IMG/VR virus record: IMGVR_UViG_3300047560_001345
DNA: 64,000 nt
Origin: a virus
Direction: 5' to 3' (one strand)
Part shown: positions 1-7,514 of the stretch, piece by piece
How positions within the stretch are numbered: the stretch's first letter is position 1
Layout of the letters: each line of letters opens with the position of its first letter
Notes under the pieces: model-generated
Seen by the model: only the letters and a program-made list of their open reading frames with translations
What the model was told of the DNA's origin: nothing
Database searches by the model: none
Made by a program: the position numbers and the translations under genes

Positions 1-2423
1 CTGGACCGATACCGCGGCAAACTCTCTTCCTCTTCATCCTTGGTCGTACCAATAAACCCACCCTGACGGAACCGCATCAGCGCCAAGCTTACGCAGTCCA
101 CAAAGTCGTCATGCCGACCAGAGGGGAAGCTCGCCACCTCATCAATCAGCTCATCCGCCCACCGGGTCTGGGGCGCCCAGACCTTACCGGAAGCAAAAAT
201 ATCCGCCACGGCGTTGAGCCGGGTGATCTTGTCGTTCCCTCTCGTCGGGGTAAACTCCCCAACCGGTACACCCATCCGACGCATCTCGTAGATGAGCGGG
301 GCCCCAGATGCTTTTTTCTCAATGATGACCGAGTCTGGTTCCCATTCCTCGTAGTACTCCAAGAGCCGCTCCTTCAACACAGGAAACTCCATGCGCTCCC
401 GGTACGCATCAAGCAACATGAGGTTAGGCTGCCCGTCATCCTCATCATTGTTCCACACACCGAACACCACAATGGCCGAGTAGTCAGCACTGTTCTTCTT
501 CTCAAACGCCGTATCGAGCGTCATCAAGATAAAATCCGGCGGGGGCGGGTTCTTATGAGGCCATTTTCTCCACCAGTCGCGCTTGATGATGGCATTGGTT
601 TCCGAGGTCGGCTGTTGTTGGTACTGCGCAGCCCACTTACTGGGTGGAAGCTCGGCTTTGACCGCCTGCAACTCCTTCAGCGACCAAAATTCCGGCCAGA
701 GAGGTCTCTCGTTCAGCTCACCCTCGTTCATGATCGCCGGAAACTCAATAACCTCCCACTTATCCCCACCCTTCTCGATCGAATGCTCGAGAATCTGCCC
801 TGTTAAGTCTCGGAGCGACCAGCGGGTGTTGTGGCTTACAACGCCATTTGCAATGAAATTTTCGGTGCGATCGATCTCAACATCAAAAACTTCTTCCTCC
901 CCATCAGGAGTTATTGAGACTATCGGGTCCGCTGTGAAGTCTGAGATACGCTGCAGCTCGTTCAAGTATTGCTGCTGTCTTACCATAGCCAACGGCGAGA
1001 TTGCAGTCGTTGCAGAGGAGACCCCGAACTTTTCCAGTGTCGTGACAATGGTCAATGCACAGTTTGCCGCCCCAATGGGCCCGAACATTGTCTCCGGGCA
1101 GATTTCCGCATACTGCGCATCTGCCCCCTTGCTTTTTGAGCAGTGCTGAATACTCATCAAGCGTGATTCCATACCGGCTTTTGACCCGACGTGCGCGGCG
1201 CTGCTCTGCGGTCCCTCTTCCTTTTCCGTCCGCCCAATACTTTTTTGCGTAATGGTTTTGGCATAACCCGTCACAGTGCACAGGCTTCTCGCAATCCGGC
1301 TCAGCGCACGTTTTACCTTTCCATTTTCCGTGGTGCCCCGGCCCTCGTCTTGGGGCATTTGGGTTTTTGCGGTGGTAGCTGTCGCTGGCTTGGCAAGGTC
1401 CGCACTTTCCGGGTTTGGTTTTTGCTCGCGCAGGCCGGTTGCACCCTTCAACGATACAAGTAAATCTCCCCGCCGTAAGTTCCTTAATCTGGTCCATTCG
1501 AGTACCCCTTCGTTCATTATGAGAAACGGATGTCTCTCATTTGCTCGGAGTATTCTACCAGATTGTGTTTGTATCTTGTATATGGAATCAACACCATTTG
1601 ACTGCCAATTATTGACCTTACTGGTCGTCAATCTGCCATTGTCGAAGGTAGCCACCAGATCGCCGGAGCGCACATCCCGCAAGGGTCTCTCTTCCCCGCT
1701 GGCCATCAGGACCGGGGTGTCTCCGGTCATACACATAACAATCACGATGGCCCCGCCCGGCTGCAGACGCTGGCGTGGGCCTGATGTGTACCAGCTAAAG
1801 ACTTTATCGTAAATTTCAGGGTTGAACTGGGCTAGGACCGCCTCACCTTCTGAGTGGGGATCGTCAATAATGAGTAGATCAGCGCCACGGCCAGTAACAG
1901 TACCGCCCACGCCAGCAGCAAAATACTCCCCACCATGATTTGTATTCCACCGGCCAGCAGCAGTAGAGTCCTTCCGAAGCTCGACCGCTGGAAAAATCCT
2001 TCTATAGTCATCTGAATCCACCAAGTTTCTGACTTTACGACCAAACCCTTCTGCCAGCTCACCCGTATTGGATATCTGCATGACTTTTCTTTTGGGGAAC
2101 CGCCCAAAAAACCAGCTTGGAAGGAGGTAGCTGGCAAATTCTGATTTGGTGTGTCGAGGCCCCAGATTGATAATCACCCGTTTGAGCTCGCCATCAGCGA
2201 TGCGTTCAAAGATTTTGGCAATTCTCCGGTGGTGGGCGCCCGAAATAAAATCTGGCCAGACCGATTCCACGTAAGGAATGAACTCTAGCTGCGCCCTCTC
2301 CCGGGTTTTTCGGAGGTTGATCTCGGCCATTAAAGATTCAAGCCGCTTCCGCTGCTCGACGCTGGCAACGCTTAACAGCGCCTCATATTCCTCAGGTGTG
2401 ATGTCCTCAAGCTCAGCCAGCAT
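1..2423 (-). CDS. terL: Terminase large subunit (T7 gp19-like), interrupted by an intein. The 3' end runs off the window start, so the gene is partial.
   Basis: The minus-strand frame (codons at plus positions 3k) has no TTA/CTA/TCA from 2462 to 1, i.e. more than 800 stop-free codons. It is absent from the ORF track because there is no stop in the window. Translation gives MLAELEDITPEEYEALL... with a P-loop-like INLGPRHTKSEF, Walker B GADLLIIDDPH, and the nuclease-domain end ...FPSGRHDDFVDCVSLALMRF. Plus ORF 111..806 is its antisense shadow. The start could instead be M at 2330. Confidence 0.8.
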   Translation of the reverse strand, partial: MLAELEDITPEEYEALLSVASVEQRKRLESLMAEINLRKTRERAQLEFIPYVESVWPDFISGAHHRRIAKIFERIADGELKRVIINLGPRHTKSEFASYLLPSWFFGRFPKRKVMQISNTGELAEGFGRKVRNLVDSDDYRRIFPAVELRKDSTAAGRWNTNHGGEYFAAGVGGTVTGRGADLLIIDDPHSEGEAVLAQFNPEIYDKVFSWYTSGPRQRLQPGGAIVIVMCMTGDTPVLMASGEERPLRDVRSGDLVATFDNGRLTTSKVNNWQSNGVDSIYKIQTQSGRILRANERHPFLIMNEGVLEWTRLRNLRRGDLLVSLKGATGLREQKPNPESADLAKPATATTAKTQMPQDEGRGTTENGKVKRALSRIARSLCTVTGYAKTITQKSIGRTEKEEGPQSSAAHVGSKAGMESRLMSIQHCSKSKGADAQYAEICPETMFGPIGAANCALTIVTTLEKFGVSSATTAISPLAMVRQQQYLNELQRISDFTADPIVSITPDGEEEVFDVEIDRTENFIANGVVSHNTRWSLRDLTGQILEHSIEKGGDKWEVIEFPAIMNEGELNERPLWPEFWSLKELQAVKAELPPSKWAAQYQQQPTSETNAIIKRDWWRKWPHKNPPPPDFILMTLDTAFEKKNSADYSAIVVFGVWNNDEDDGQPNLMLLDAYRERMEFPVLKERLLEYYEEWEPDSVIIEKKASGAPLIYEMRRMGVPVGEFTPTRGNDKITRLNAVADIFASGKVWAPQTRWADELIDEVASFPSGRHDDFVDCVSLALMRFRQGGFIGTTKDEEEESLPRYRS
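828..1733 (-). mobile_element. Intein (302 codons) in TerL ATPase motif III (extein ...GGAIVIVM|TRWSLRDL...)
   Basis: In-frame with terL. Block A CMTGDTPVLMASGEERPLRDV begins at Cys codon 1733..1731. Block B is ...TQSGRILRANERHPFLI. Blocks F/G are EEEVFDVEIDRTENFIANGVVSHN, ending at Asn codon 830..828, followed by Thr (+1). Confidence 0.75.
904..1497 (-). CDS. Endonuclease VII-like (HNH-related) nuclease with N-terminal CxxC zinc modules. Free-standing ORF nested inside the intein in a different reading frame.
   Basis: Core RYGITLDEYSALLKKQGGRCAVCG...LCIDHCHDTGKVRGLLCNDCNLAVG matches the Endonuclease_7 family. N-terminal modules are CIVEGCNRPA...CGPCQ and CAEPDCEKPVHCDGLCQNHY. Own SD GAAGGGG sits 7 nt upstream of ATG 1497. 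The frame is bounded by a TGA at 1539..1537 and a TGA at 906..904. Register is 3k+1, whereas the intein/terL register is 3k. Confidence 0.8.
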   Translation of the reverse strand: MDQIKELTAGRFTCIVEGCNRPARAKTKPGKCGPCQASDSYHRKNPNAPRRGPGHHGKWKGKTCAEPDCEKPVHCDGLCQNHYAKKYWADGKGRGTAEQRRARRVKSRYGITLDEYSALLKKQGGRCAVCGNLPGDNVRAHWGGKLCIDHCHDTGKVRGLLCNDCNLAVGYGKTAAILERAAAYLRLHSGPDSLNNS

Positions 2424-2910
2424 TCGGCACTCGCTCCGCTTTCCCTTCGATCGTCTTTGCCTTCAAACTGGCAAACAACGCCTTGAGTTCCTGATTTAGC
2501 TCGTCATCCGACTTGGTCGTAATGCTGATTTCCTTCTTCTCCACCATCAGGTTGACCACACTGGACTTGGCCAGTGAATCAAGCGCCGATTTGGATACTT
2601 TGGGGTCAGGGTCTTGGGACTGCCGATACCACTGCGTTAGCACGTAGTTTTGCCACTGCTCTTGCGTGACTGGCATATCGAAATCGTACTGGCTAAACGC
2701 ATTTCGCAGGTAGCGTTCCGCGACGGGGGAAGGAGCGGGCTCAGTCTTCTGTCCTTGCTCCACAGTATTGTGGACCCACTCGATGTCTTCTTCAGACAGA
2801 GGGCCGGCGCTTTCTTCAGGAATGATGCCTTCCTGAAACGCGCTCATAGCAAACACCGCACTCGTATGTGCGGGAGGGACTCGACCGATGGGGATTTCAA
2901 AGTCTTCCAT
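2413..2910 (-). CDS. Hypothetical protein; positional candidate for terminase small subunit
   Basis: Track ORF 2413..2976 starts at a TTG; the first ATG is at 2910 (MEDFEIPIG...). It lies immediately upstream of terL and overlaps it by 11 nt. No recognisable motif. Confidence 0.3.
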   Translation of the reverse strand: MEDFEIPIGRVPPAHTSAVFAMSAFQEGIIPEESAGPLSEEDIEWVHNTVEQGQKTEPAPSPVAERYLRNAFSQYDFDMPVTQEQWQNYVLTQWYRQSQDPDPKVSKSALDSLAKSSVVNLMVEKKEISITTKSDDELNQELKALFASLKAKTIEGKAERVPNAG

Positions 2911-2972
2911 TGTATTTACGCAGGGTATGGTAGCCCAGATGGCACCAAGCCTAGATGGGACCCATAGGGATG

Positions 2973-3470
2973 TCAACCTGAAAAATGGTACTCACCAAAA
3001 AGCTTTTGCGCTTCAGCGCAATAGGCGGCATGGGCTTCTTCGGCTGTTTTATAACGCCCAATGTTGATCCGCTTTCCTTGCACACGGATTCTTGCCCGAT
3101 AGGTCCCACGTTTACTTTCGTATTCAACCCCTTTCATTTTTGTTTGGTTTCTTGGGTCGACTTTTTTGTTGGCGTTTTGTTGTGTTGGTGAAGCTTCTCG
3201 CAGGTTTTCTATGCGGTTGTCTTGCGGGTTGCGGTTGATGTGATCAATTGATTTAGGTAGGTAACCCCAATGCCATAAAAACACAAGCCGATGGGCGCCT
3301 CTAGATACGGTGTTGTTGAAAAGATCGATATGCCAATAACCGTCTTTTTTTGCGTAGCCTGCGCGTTTGCCCGCGTGTTGATTGTTTGCCGCGGAAGTCC
3401 AGATTAAGAAACCTTCAGGGTCATAAGTGAAAAGTTCTTTGAGTAGGTCTTGAGTGATTTTGTAATCCAT
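2973..3470 (-). CDS. HNH-AP2 homing endonuclease
   Basis: HNH_3-like HRLVFLWHWGYLPKSIDHINRNPQDNRIENLR plus a C-terminal AP2-like YRARIRVQGKRINIGRYKTAEEAHAAY. Paralogue of 22948..23421, 28041..28529 and 47118..47630. Confidence 0.8.
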   Translation of the reverse strand: MDYKITQDLLKELFTYDPEGFLIWTSAANNQHAGKRAGYAKKDGYWHIDLFNNTVSRGAHRLVFLWHWGYLPKSIDHINRNPQDNRIENLREASPTQQNANKKVDPRNQTKMKGVEYESKRGTYRARIRVQGKRINIGRYKTAEEAHAAYCAEAQKLFGEYHFSG

Positions 3471-3501
3471 GGCGTTTTTGCTGTGATGGTACCAAAATTA
3501 G

Positions 3502-3531
3502 ATTATACCCCACCGGGGGTGGTGGGGGCAA
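3502..3531 (-). promoter_or_regulatory. Putative sigma70-like promoter for the HNH/terminase operon
   Basis: On the minus strand: TTGCCC, 18 nt, TATAAT (plus coordinates 3531..3526 and 3507..3502), 32 nt upstream of the HNH ATG. Confidence 0.3.
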
Positions 3532-3836
3532 TAGGTGCAAAAATTTTATATAAAAATTTGGTGTGCAAAAAATAGGGGCCTCAAGATTGAAAATTGCTGG
3601 GATAGGGTGCGTATTGCTATTTAGATGCGCGCTCAGGGGAGGTAAAACATATAGGGGTCTCCCCACCGCCGGTAGGGTCGGCGCTTTGACCTACCTACAA
3701 AAGAAATTGCTTTTTCTCTTTATAAATCAATGACTTAGGCTTGGTGTACCCCCGCTATTTAAACGGCTGGAATGATCCGGTAGAAAAGGCAATTTGTTTT
3801 TGATCCAGCAAAATCAGGGGGTGTAGGCATTTGTAC

Positions 3837-3880
3837 CTATATATATATATTAGTTATTAAAAATAATAATAATAGCCCCA
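3837..3880. repeat. AT-rich simple repeat tract (TA)n/(TAA)n in the control region
   Basis: acctatatatatatatattagttattaaaaataataataat, flanked by G5/C5-containing short palindromes (e.g. cccctataagggggg at about 3908). Confidence 0.5.
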
Positions 3881-4207
3881 TATGAGAACCCCTTTTTTCA
3901 CGCATACCCCTATAAGGGGGGCTACTTGTTTATTCATGCTCATAACCCAAATTAATAAAAACATATGAATAATACTAGGGACAAACCTACAGAGCCCGCC
4001 ACACAAGGCCTCAAAAACATTGCCTTTTCAAAACCTGATCATTTCACCCGATTATATAGCAGGGGTACAAAGGGGGTAAAACCCTTACACCATAAGGGCC
4101 AGACGAATTATCTTTTGTCGAGTCAATATACCTTGAACCCCCCAGAAACAGTGCGACAATTGCGCCCTTCGCATTCTTATAGTGCATCGATAGAAATCAA
4201 TCTGGGG

Positions 4208-4236
4208 TTGACAATCACAAATGTTTTGCCCATAAT
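4208..4236 (+). promoter_or_regulatory. Early promoter P1 (sigma70 consensus-like)
   Basis: TTGACA (4208-4213), 17 nt, CATAAT (4231-4236). Confidence 0.6.
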
Positions 4237-4281
4237 GTCCCCACGTTGACCGGCAACGGCCAACGAAACCCCCGACTTTTA

Positions 4282-4299
4282 GTACATTGTTAAATGTAC
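4282..4299. promoter_or_regulatory. Perfect 7-bp palindrome GTACATT-n4-AATGTAC abutting the P2 -35; candidate operator
   Basis: The inverted repeat is seen directly upstream of P2. Confidence 0.3.
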
Positions 4300-4306
4300 C
4301 GGGGGG

Positions 4307-4335
4307 TTGACAAGGGAGACACTTCAAGCTAGAAT
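4307..4335 (+). promoter_or_regulatory. Early promoter P2 (sigma70 consensus-like)
   Basis: TTGACA (4307-4312), 17 nt, TAGAAT (4330-4335), preceded by a G6 run. Confidence 0.6.
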
Positions 4336-4682
4336 GGCTCCACGGTAGCGAGATCGCCACCGGCTCTTTAACAAAATGGGTGCATTGACTTGCACAAACT
4401 ATAAAGAAAGTTGCGGTAGGTGGGCCATGCCACCCGCTTTATAGAGTAGGTTTAGGTCTAATGCTGACCTACTGACGAGCCCAAAGCAGGGCGAAACCTT
4501 TCAATCTGGGGGTCATAAGCCATGCGATTTATGCAATATGTTTGTTCTTCGTTAGTTCTTCTGTCAGTCTACGTGCTAGGCGAATCCATAGTGGCGAGTG
4601 ACCACGTAATCACCCTTGGGATGCTTGTGTGCATTGCATCGAGCGCCTTTGTTGCCTTTTCAATCGAAACTCGGAGATAAGA

Positions 4683-5011
4683 CCATGAAACAGACAATCA
4701 CAAAATCAGATTTTCGCGATGCATTCCGCAAGATGGGGCGCAATAACCAATTCAGCTATGAGGGTTTGGGTATCCTGTTCGACTATTTTGAGCTATACGA
4801 AGAAGAGACAGGCGCAGAAGTGGAACTTGACGTTATCGCCATTTGCTGTGAGTACGCGGAAGCTACGTGGGAGGAGATTGCTGAGGATTATGGCATTGAC
4901 GTGGAAGGCTTAGATGAGACTGACACCCAGTCGGAAGTGATGAACTATTTAGAGTTGAACACCGTAATTGTCGGGGAAGTCGCCGGCGGTTGCGTCTATC
5001 GACAGTTTTGA
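4683..5011 (+). CDS. Strongly acidic first early protein (candidate DNA-mimic/anti-restriction, Ocr-like position)
   Basis: SD GGAGA then ATG 4683. About 109 aa with roughly 25 D/E versus 7 K/R (net about -18). First gene after P1/P2. Confidence 0.55.
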
Positions 5012-5021
5012 GGATCAAACA

Positions 5022-5273
5022 ATGGCTATTCTGTTTAGTGATGATGAATTCAAGAATCAATATTATGGCGTCAACTCTTTCAGAATGGCGCTATGGATGG
5101 CCCGAGACATCCATCAAATCAAAGGCCGGATCTACTGTAAACACCAACGCATAACCGAGGCCGGATGCTTACACCGCACATACAAGCTAGCACATAGCGA
5201 CTACGAATTTACCCTAAGCCGAGGGCTAACCACGGCTGAGATATGCAACATTCAATCGATCAAACAATTTTAA
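5022..5273 (+). CDS. Hypothetical early protein
   Basis: SD GAGGA; start adjusted within track ORF 4968..5273. Confidence 0.45.
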   Translation: MAILFSDDEFKNQYYGVNSFRMALWMARDIHQIKGRIYCKHQRITEAGCLHRTYKLAHSDYEFTLSRGLTTAEICNIQSIKQF

Positions 5274-5284
5274 GAGGTGTAACC

Positions 5285-5599
5285 ATGTGGGACTTAATCG
5301 ACGAACGCACGGTAGATGGCTTTGATATTTTAACCTCAGTGCAGGGCGATGACTGCGACCCCAAGCATAGCTTCGATGACCCCGAGATAGTGCAAGCTAT
5401 CTATGATGATGAGTTTGAATGGTTCGTGGTTCGCGTCGAGGCGCGAAAGGCGGGTGTGGTGCTCGGAGCCACATACTTGGGTGGGTGTTGTTATAAAGAA
5501 CACAAGGATTTTGTTGAGGCTGAGGATTACCATGCGGACATGGTGCGCGAGGCTATCGACGAGGCTAAGAAAACCATCACTAAAATTAACGAGGCATAA
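5285..5599 (+). CDS. Hypothetical acidic early protein
   Basis: Track ORF 5243..5599; start taken at MWDLIDER. Confidence 0.45.
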   Translation: MWDLIDERTVDGFDILTSVQGDDCDPKHSFDDPEIVQAIYDDEFEWFVVRVEARKAGVVLGATYLGGCCYKEHKDFVEAEDYHADMVREAIDEAKKTITKINEA

Positions 5600-5603
5600 G
5601 ACC

Positions 5604-6047
5604 ATGAGCACATTAGACCTAACCGCAGACATCATTGACGTGCGTGACGTTATCGCAAGATATGAGGAACTCGAACCTAAGCAAGACGCGCTATTTAAGG
5701 AGTTTGAATCCACCCCAGAAAACGAAGGTGTTGACTACGACTATTGGAAACGCAACCAGATTGCCTACGATGAGGCAGAGGATGAGGAGTTCGGCTTACT
5801 CGGTGCATTGCTAGAAGAACTCGCCGGGAACGGCGGTGATGAGGAATGGCGCGGCGAATGGTATCCCATCACACTGATCAAAGACTCTTACTTTATAGAC
5901 TACGCTGAGGAGCTAGTAAAAGATTGCGGGTATATCTCCCACGATTTCCCGTCGTGGATTGCTATCGACTGGTGGAAGACAGCGGAAGCTGTACAGGAGG
6001 ACTACGCATTGGTGACCGTGGACGACAACGACTATTGGTATAGGTAG
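5604..6047 (+). CDS. Hypothetical very acidic, Trp/Tyr-rich early protein
   Basis: Start M68 of track ORF 5403..6047 (SD GAGG). EDEEFGLLGALLEELAGNGGDEEW. Confidence 0.45.
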   Translation: MSTLDLTADIIDVRDVIARYEELEPKQDALFKEFESTPENEGVDYDYWKRNQIAYDEAEDEEFGLLGALLEELAGNGGDEEWRGEWYPITLIKDSYFIDYAEELVKDCGYISHDFPSWIAIDWWKTAEAVQEDYALVTVDDNDYWYR

Positions 6048-6144
6048 GAGATAAGGATGGAGTTCTACGCGCACGGTAGCGTGTTCGACGTGATCTATAA
6101 CCTATGTGCCCCCGATGAGGGGGCGTCTGATGAGGAGACATGAG

Positions 6145-6333
6145 ATGACTATTTTTAATGTGTGTTATGAGTGCCGACAAATCCGCGAGGTGTATGTCTA
6201 TGCTGAATCGGAAGAAGAGGCCCGAGCAAAGTTTGCTGAAGGCGATTGCGAGTGGGACACCCTCATTTGCGAGGACGATGGAAGCGCACCTTTAGTGGTT
6301 ACGGATGTCTGGCGCATAGACACGGAGGTGTGA
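6145..6333 (+). CDS. Hypothetical small protein
   Basis: SD GAGGAG then ATG 6145; ends ...WRIDTEV. A further 28-aa ORF 6056..6142 with SD AGGAGA precedes it. Confidence 0.4.
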   Translation: MTIFNVCYECRQIREVYVYAESEEEARAKFAEGDCEWDTLICEDDGSAPLVVTDVWRIDTEV

Positions 6334-6334
6334 G

Positions 6335-6505
6335 ATGAAAGACGAGTGGAAGCAAATGATAGATGCTATGCGTGATGCAGGGTATGCCGTGTGGTGGTTC
6401 ATGCCACACGAACTTGAGAGGTGCGATATAGATGCAGGAACGGCCGAGGATTGGATGGCCGATGCTTTGGTTGATATTCAACAATACCACAAGAACGGAG
6501 GTTGA
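6335..6505 (+). CDS. Hypothetical 56-aa protein (below track cutoff)
   Basis: GGAGGTGTGAGATGAAA junction. MKDEWKQMIDAMRDAGYAVWWFMPHELERCDIDAG... Confidence 0.4.
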   Translation: MKDEWKQMIDAMRDAGYAVWWFMPHELERCDIDAGTAEDWMADALVDIQQYHKNGG

Positions 6506-6506
6506 G

Positions 6507-6803
6507 ATGATCGACACACAAGAAAAGCTAGACGCATTTGTTAAGGCGCACCGCATCCGCATGATAGCTGAAGCTATGGTGGCGTTCGCACGCTACGCTG
6601 AAGGGGACGATAATGACGTGTGGAATGCATTCATGGCAAGTGATCTTGAGCAATGCGACTACAACATCCACCGCCCGGAGGATAGCAACCTGATCCGCAT
6701 TGTGGCTTATGCGTTGAAGCACGTACCGAATGAAGCGCCACACGTCCTACAGGTGAACACTAGGATCGAGTGCCATGTGGCCGACATTACTTGGGAGGCG
6801 TGA
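6507..6803 (+). CDS. Hypothetical protein with C-terminal ...ADITWEA
   Basis: Start MIDTQEKL after GGAGGTTGAGATGA; member of the WEE-tail group. Confidence 0.45.
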   Translation: MIDTQEKLDAFVKAHRIRMIAEAMVAFARYAEGDDNDVWNAFMASDLEQCDYNIHRPEDSNLIRIVAYALKHVPNEAPHVLQVNTRIECHVADITWEA

Positions 6804-6804
6804 G

Positions 6805-7041
6805 ATGAAATACGAAACCGAACTGTTCACAGGCGCAGGGGGTGGGCGCGTAGCAATCACGGTCGACTATGCTGTCGAAGCCGAGACTGTGCAGATCAAT
6901 TACATTCAAGGGCCCGTGTGGGTCAGCGAGTTAAACAAGTTTGTCATGGGTGACATAACCCAGTACATCGATGAGTATGCTTATGAAGGCATCAAAGATG
7001 AAATCTATCAGATCGTGGAGAAAAGCAATGAAGACCTATAA
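6805..7041 (+). CDS. Hypothetical protein
   Basis: GGGAGGCGTGAGATGAAA junction; MKYETELFTGAGGGRVAITVDY... Confidence 0.45.
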   Translation: MKYETELFTGAGGGRVAITVDYAVEAETVQINYIQGPVWVSELNKFVMGDITQYIDEYAYEGIKDEIYQIVEKSNEDL

Positions 7042-7327
7042 CTTGAACGCACAAGAGATCGATCTTGTGCTGAGTGCCTTGCGCTACACGGCAGAGTACG
7101 GGTACACCGCTGAATTGACGGATGGAGAGATTGACGAATACAGCGATATTCTCGCCCTAATCGAGAGGCTCGAACCTAAGCCGGTGAAGAAGGAAGGATG
7201 GGTAGGATTGTATCCAGAAGGAGAGGACGGTATGCCTTCGATGTGCGGAGCCTATGTAACAGAGGAAGAAGCGAGGGAGGACTGTCCGGGGGCGAACAAG
7301 TTCGTCAAAGTCACATGGGAGGAGTGA
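7028..7327 (+). CDS. Hypothetical protein with a C-terminal KPVKKEGWVGLY...VKVTWEE domain
   Basis: Paralogue of 12205..12510 over the C-terminal roughly 50 aa. Confidence 0.45.
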   Translation: MKTYNLNAQEIDLVLSALRYTAEYGYTAELTDGEIDEYSDILALIERLEPKPVKKEGWVGLYPEGEDGMPSMCGAYVTEEEAREDCPGANKFVKVTWEE

Positions 7328-7328
7328 G

Positions 7329-7490
7329 ATGAAAACTATACAACTGACTGAAGACGAACTGTCAACGCTGAGCGCTACAGTATCAACTGCACTGATGATG
7401 GGTGACATACCGCCGGGTTATGTGGAAGAGGTAAGAGGCATCATGCACAAACTGGCCGATGCGATGGTTACACAGACTGACAATAATTAA
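7329..7490 (+). CDS. Hypothetical 53-aa protein (below track cutoff)
   Basis: GGGAGGAGTGAGATGAAA junction; MKTIQLTEDELSTLSATVSTALMMGDIPPGYVEEVRG... Confidence 0.35.
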   Translation: MKTIQLTEDELSTLSATVSTALMMGDIPPGYVEEVRGIMHKLADAMVTQTDNN

Positions 7491-7514
7491 GGAACTGTTA
7501 TCAAGCCGGGGAGG

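Noticed and set aside
111-806. 231-aa Arg-rich plus-strand ORF at the window start
   Set aside because: It occupies exactly the complementary codon register of the terL nuclease domain (antisense shadow), has no SD, and has an implausible composition.
904-1497. Possibility that the out-of-frame Endo VII gene is a sequencing artefact
   Set aside because: Not fully rejected. However, it would require two compensating indels, while the ORF has its own SD plus ATG and a stop codon placed exactly before intein block F. I therefore kept it as a finding, with read-level verification requested.
583-1812. Plus-strand ORFs 583..1149, 1055..1252, 1191..1463, 1276..1812
   Set aside because: They are antisense to the terL/intein/Endo VII coding region. 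They are Ser/Arg/Leu-rich and lack SDs.
3837-3925. CRISPR-like or tandem repeat array in the control region
   Set aside because: Only simple AT repeats and short G5/C5 palindromes are present. There are no regularly spaced direct repeats.
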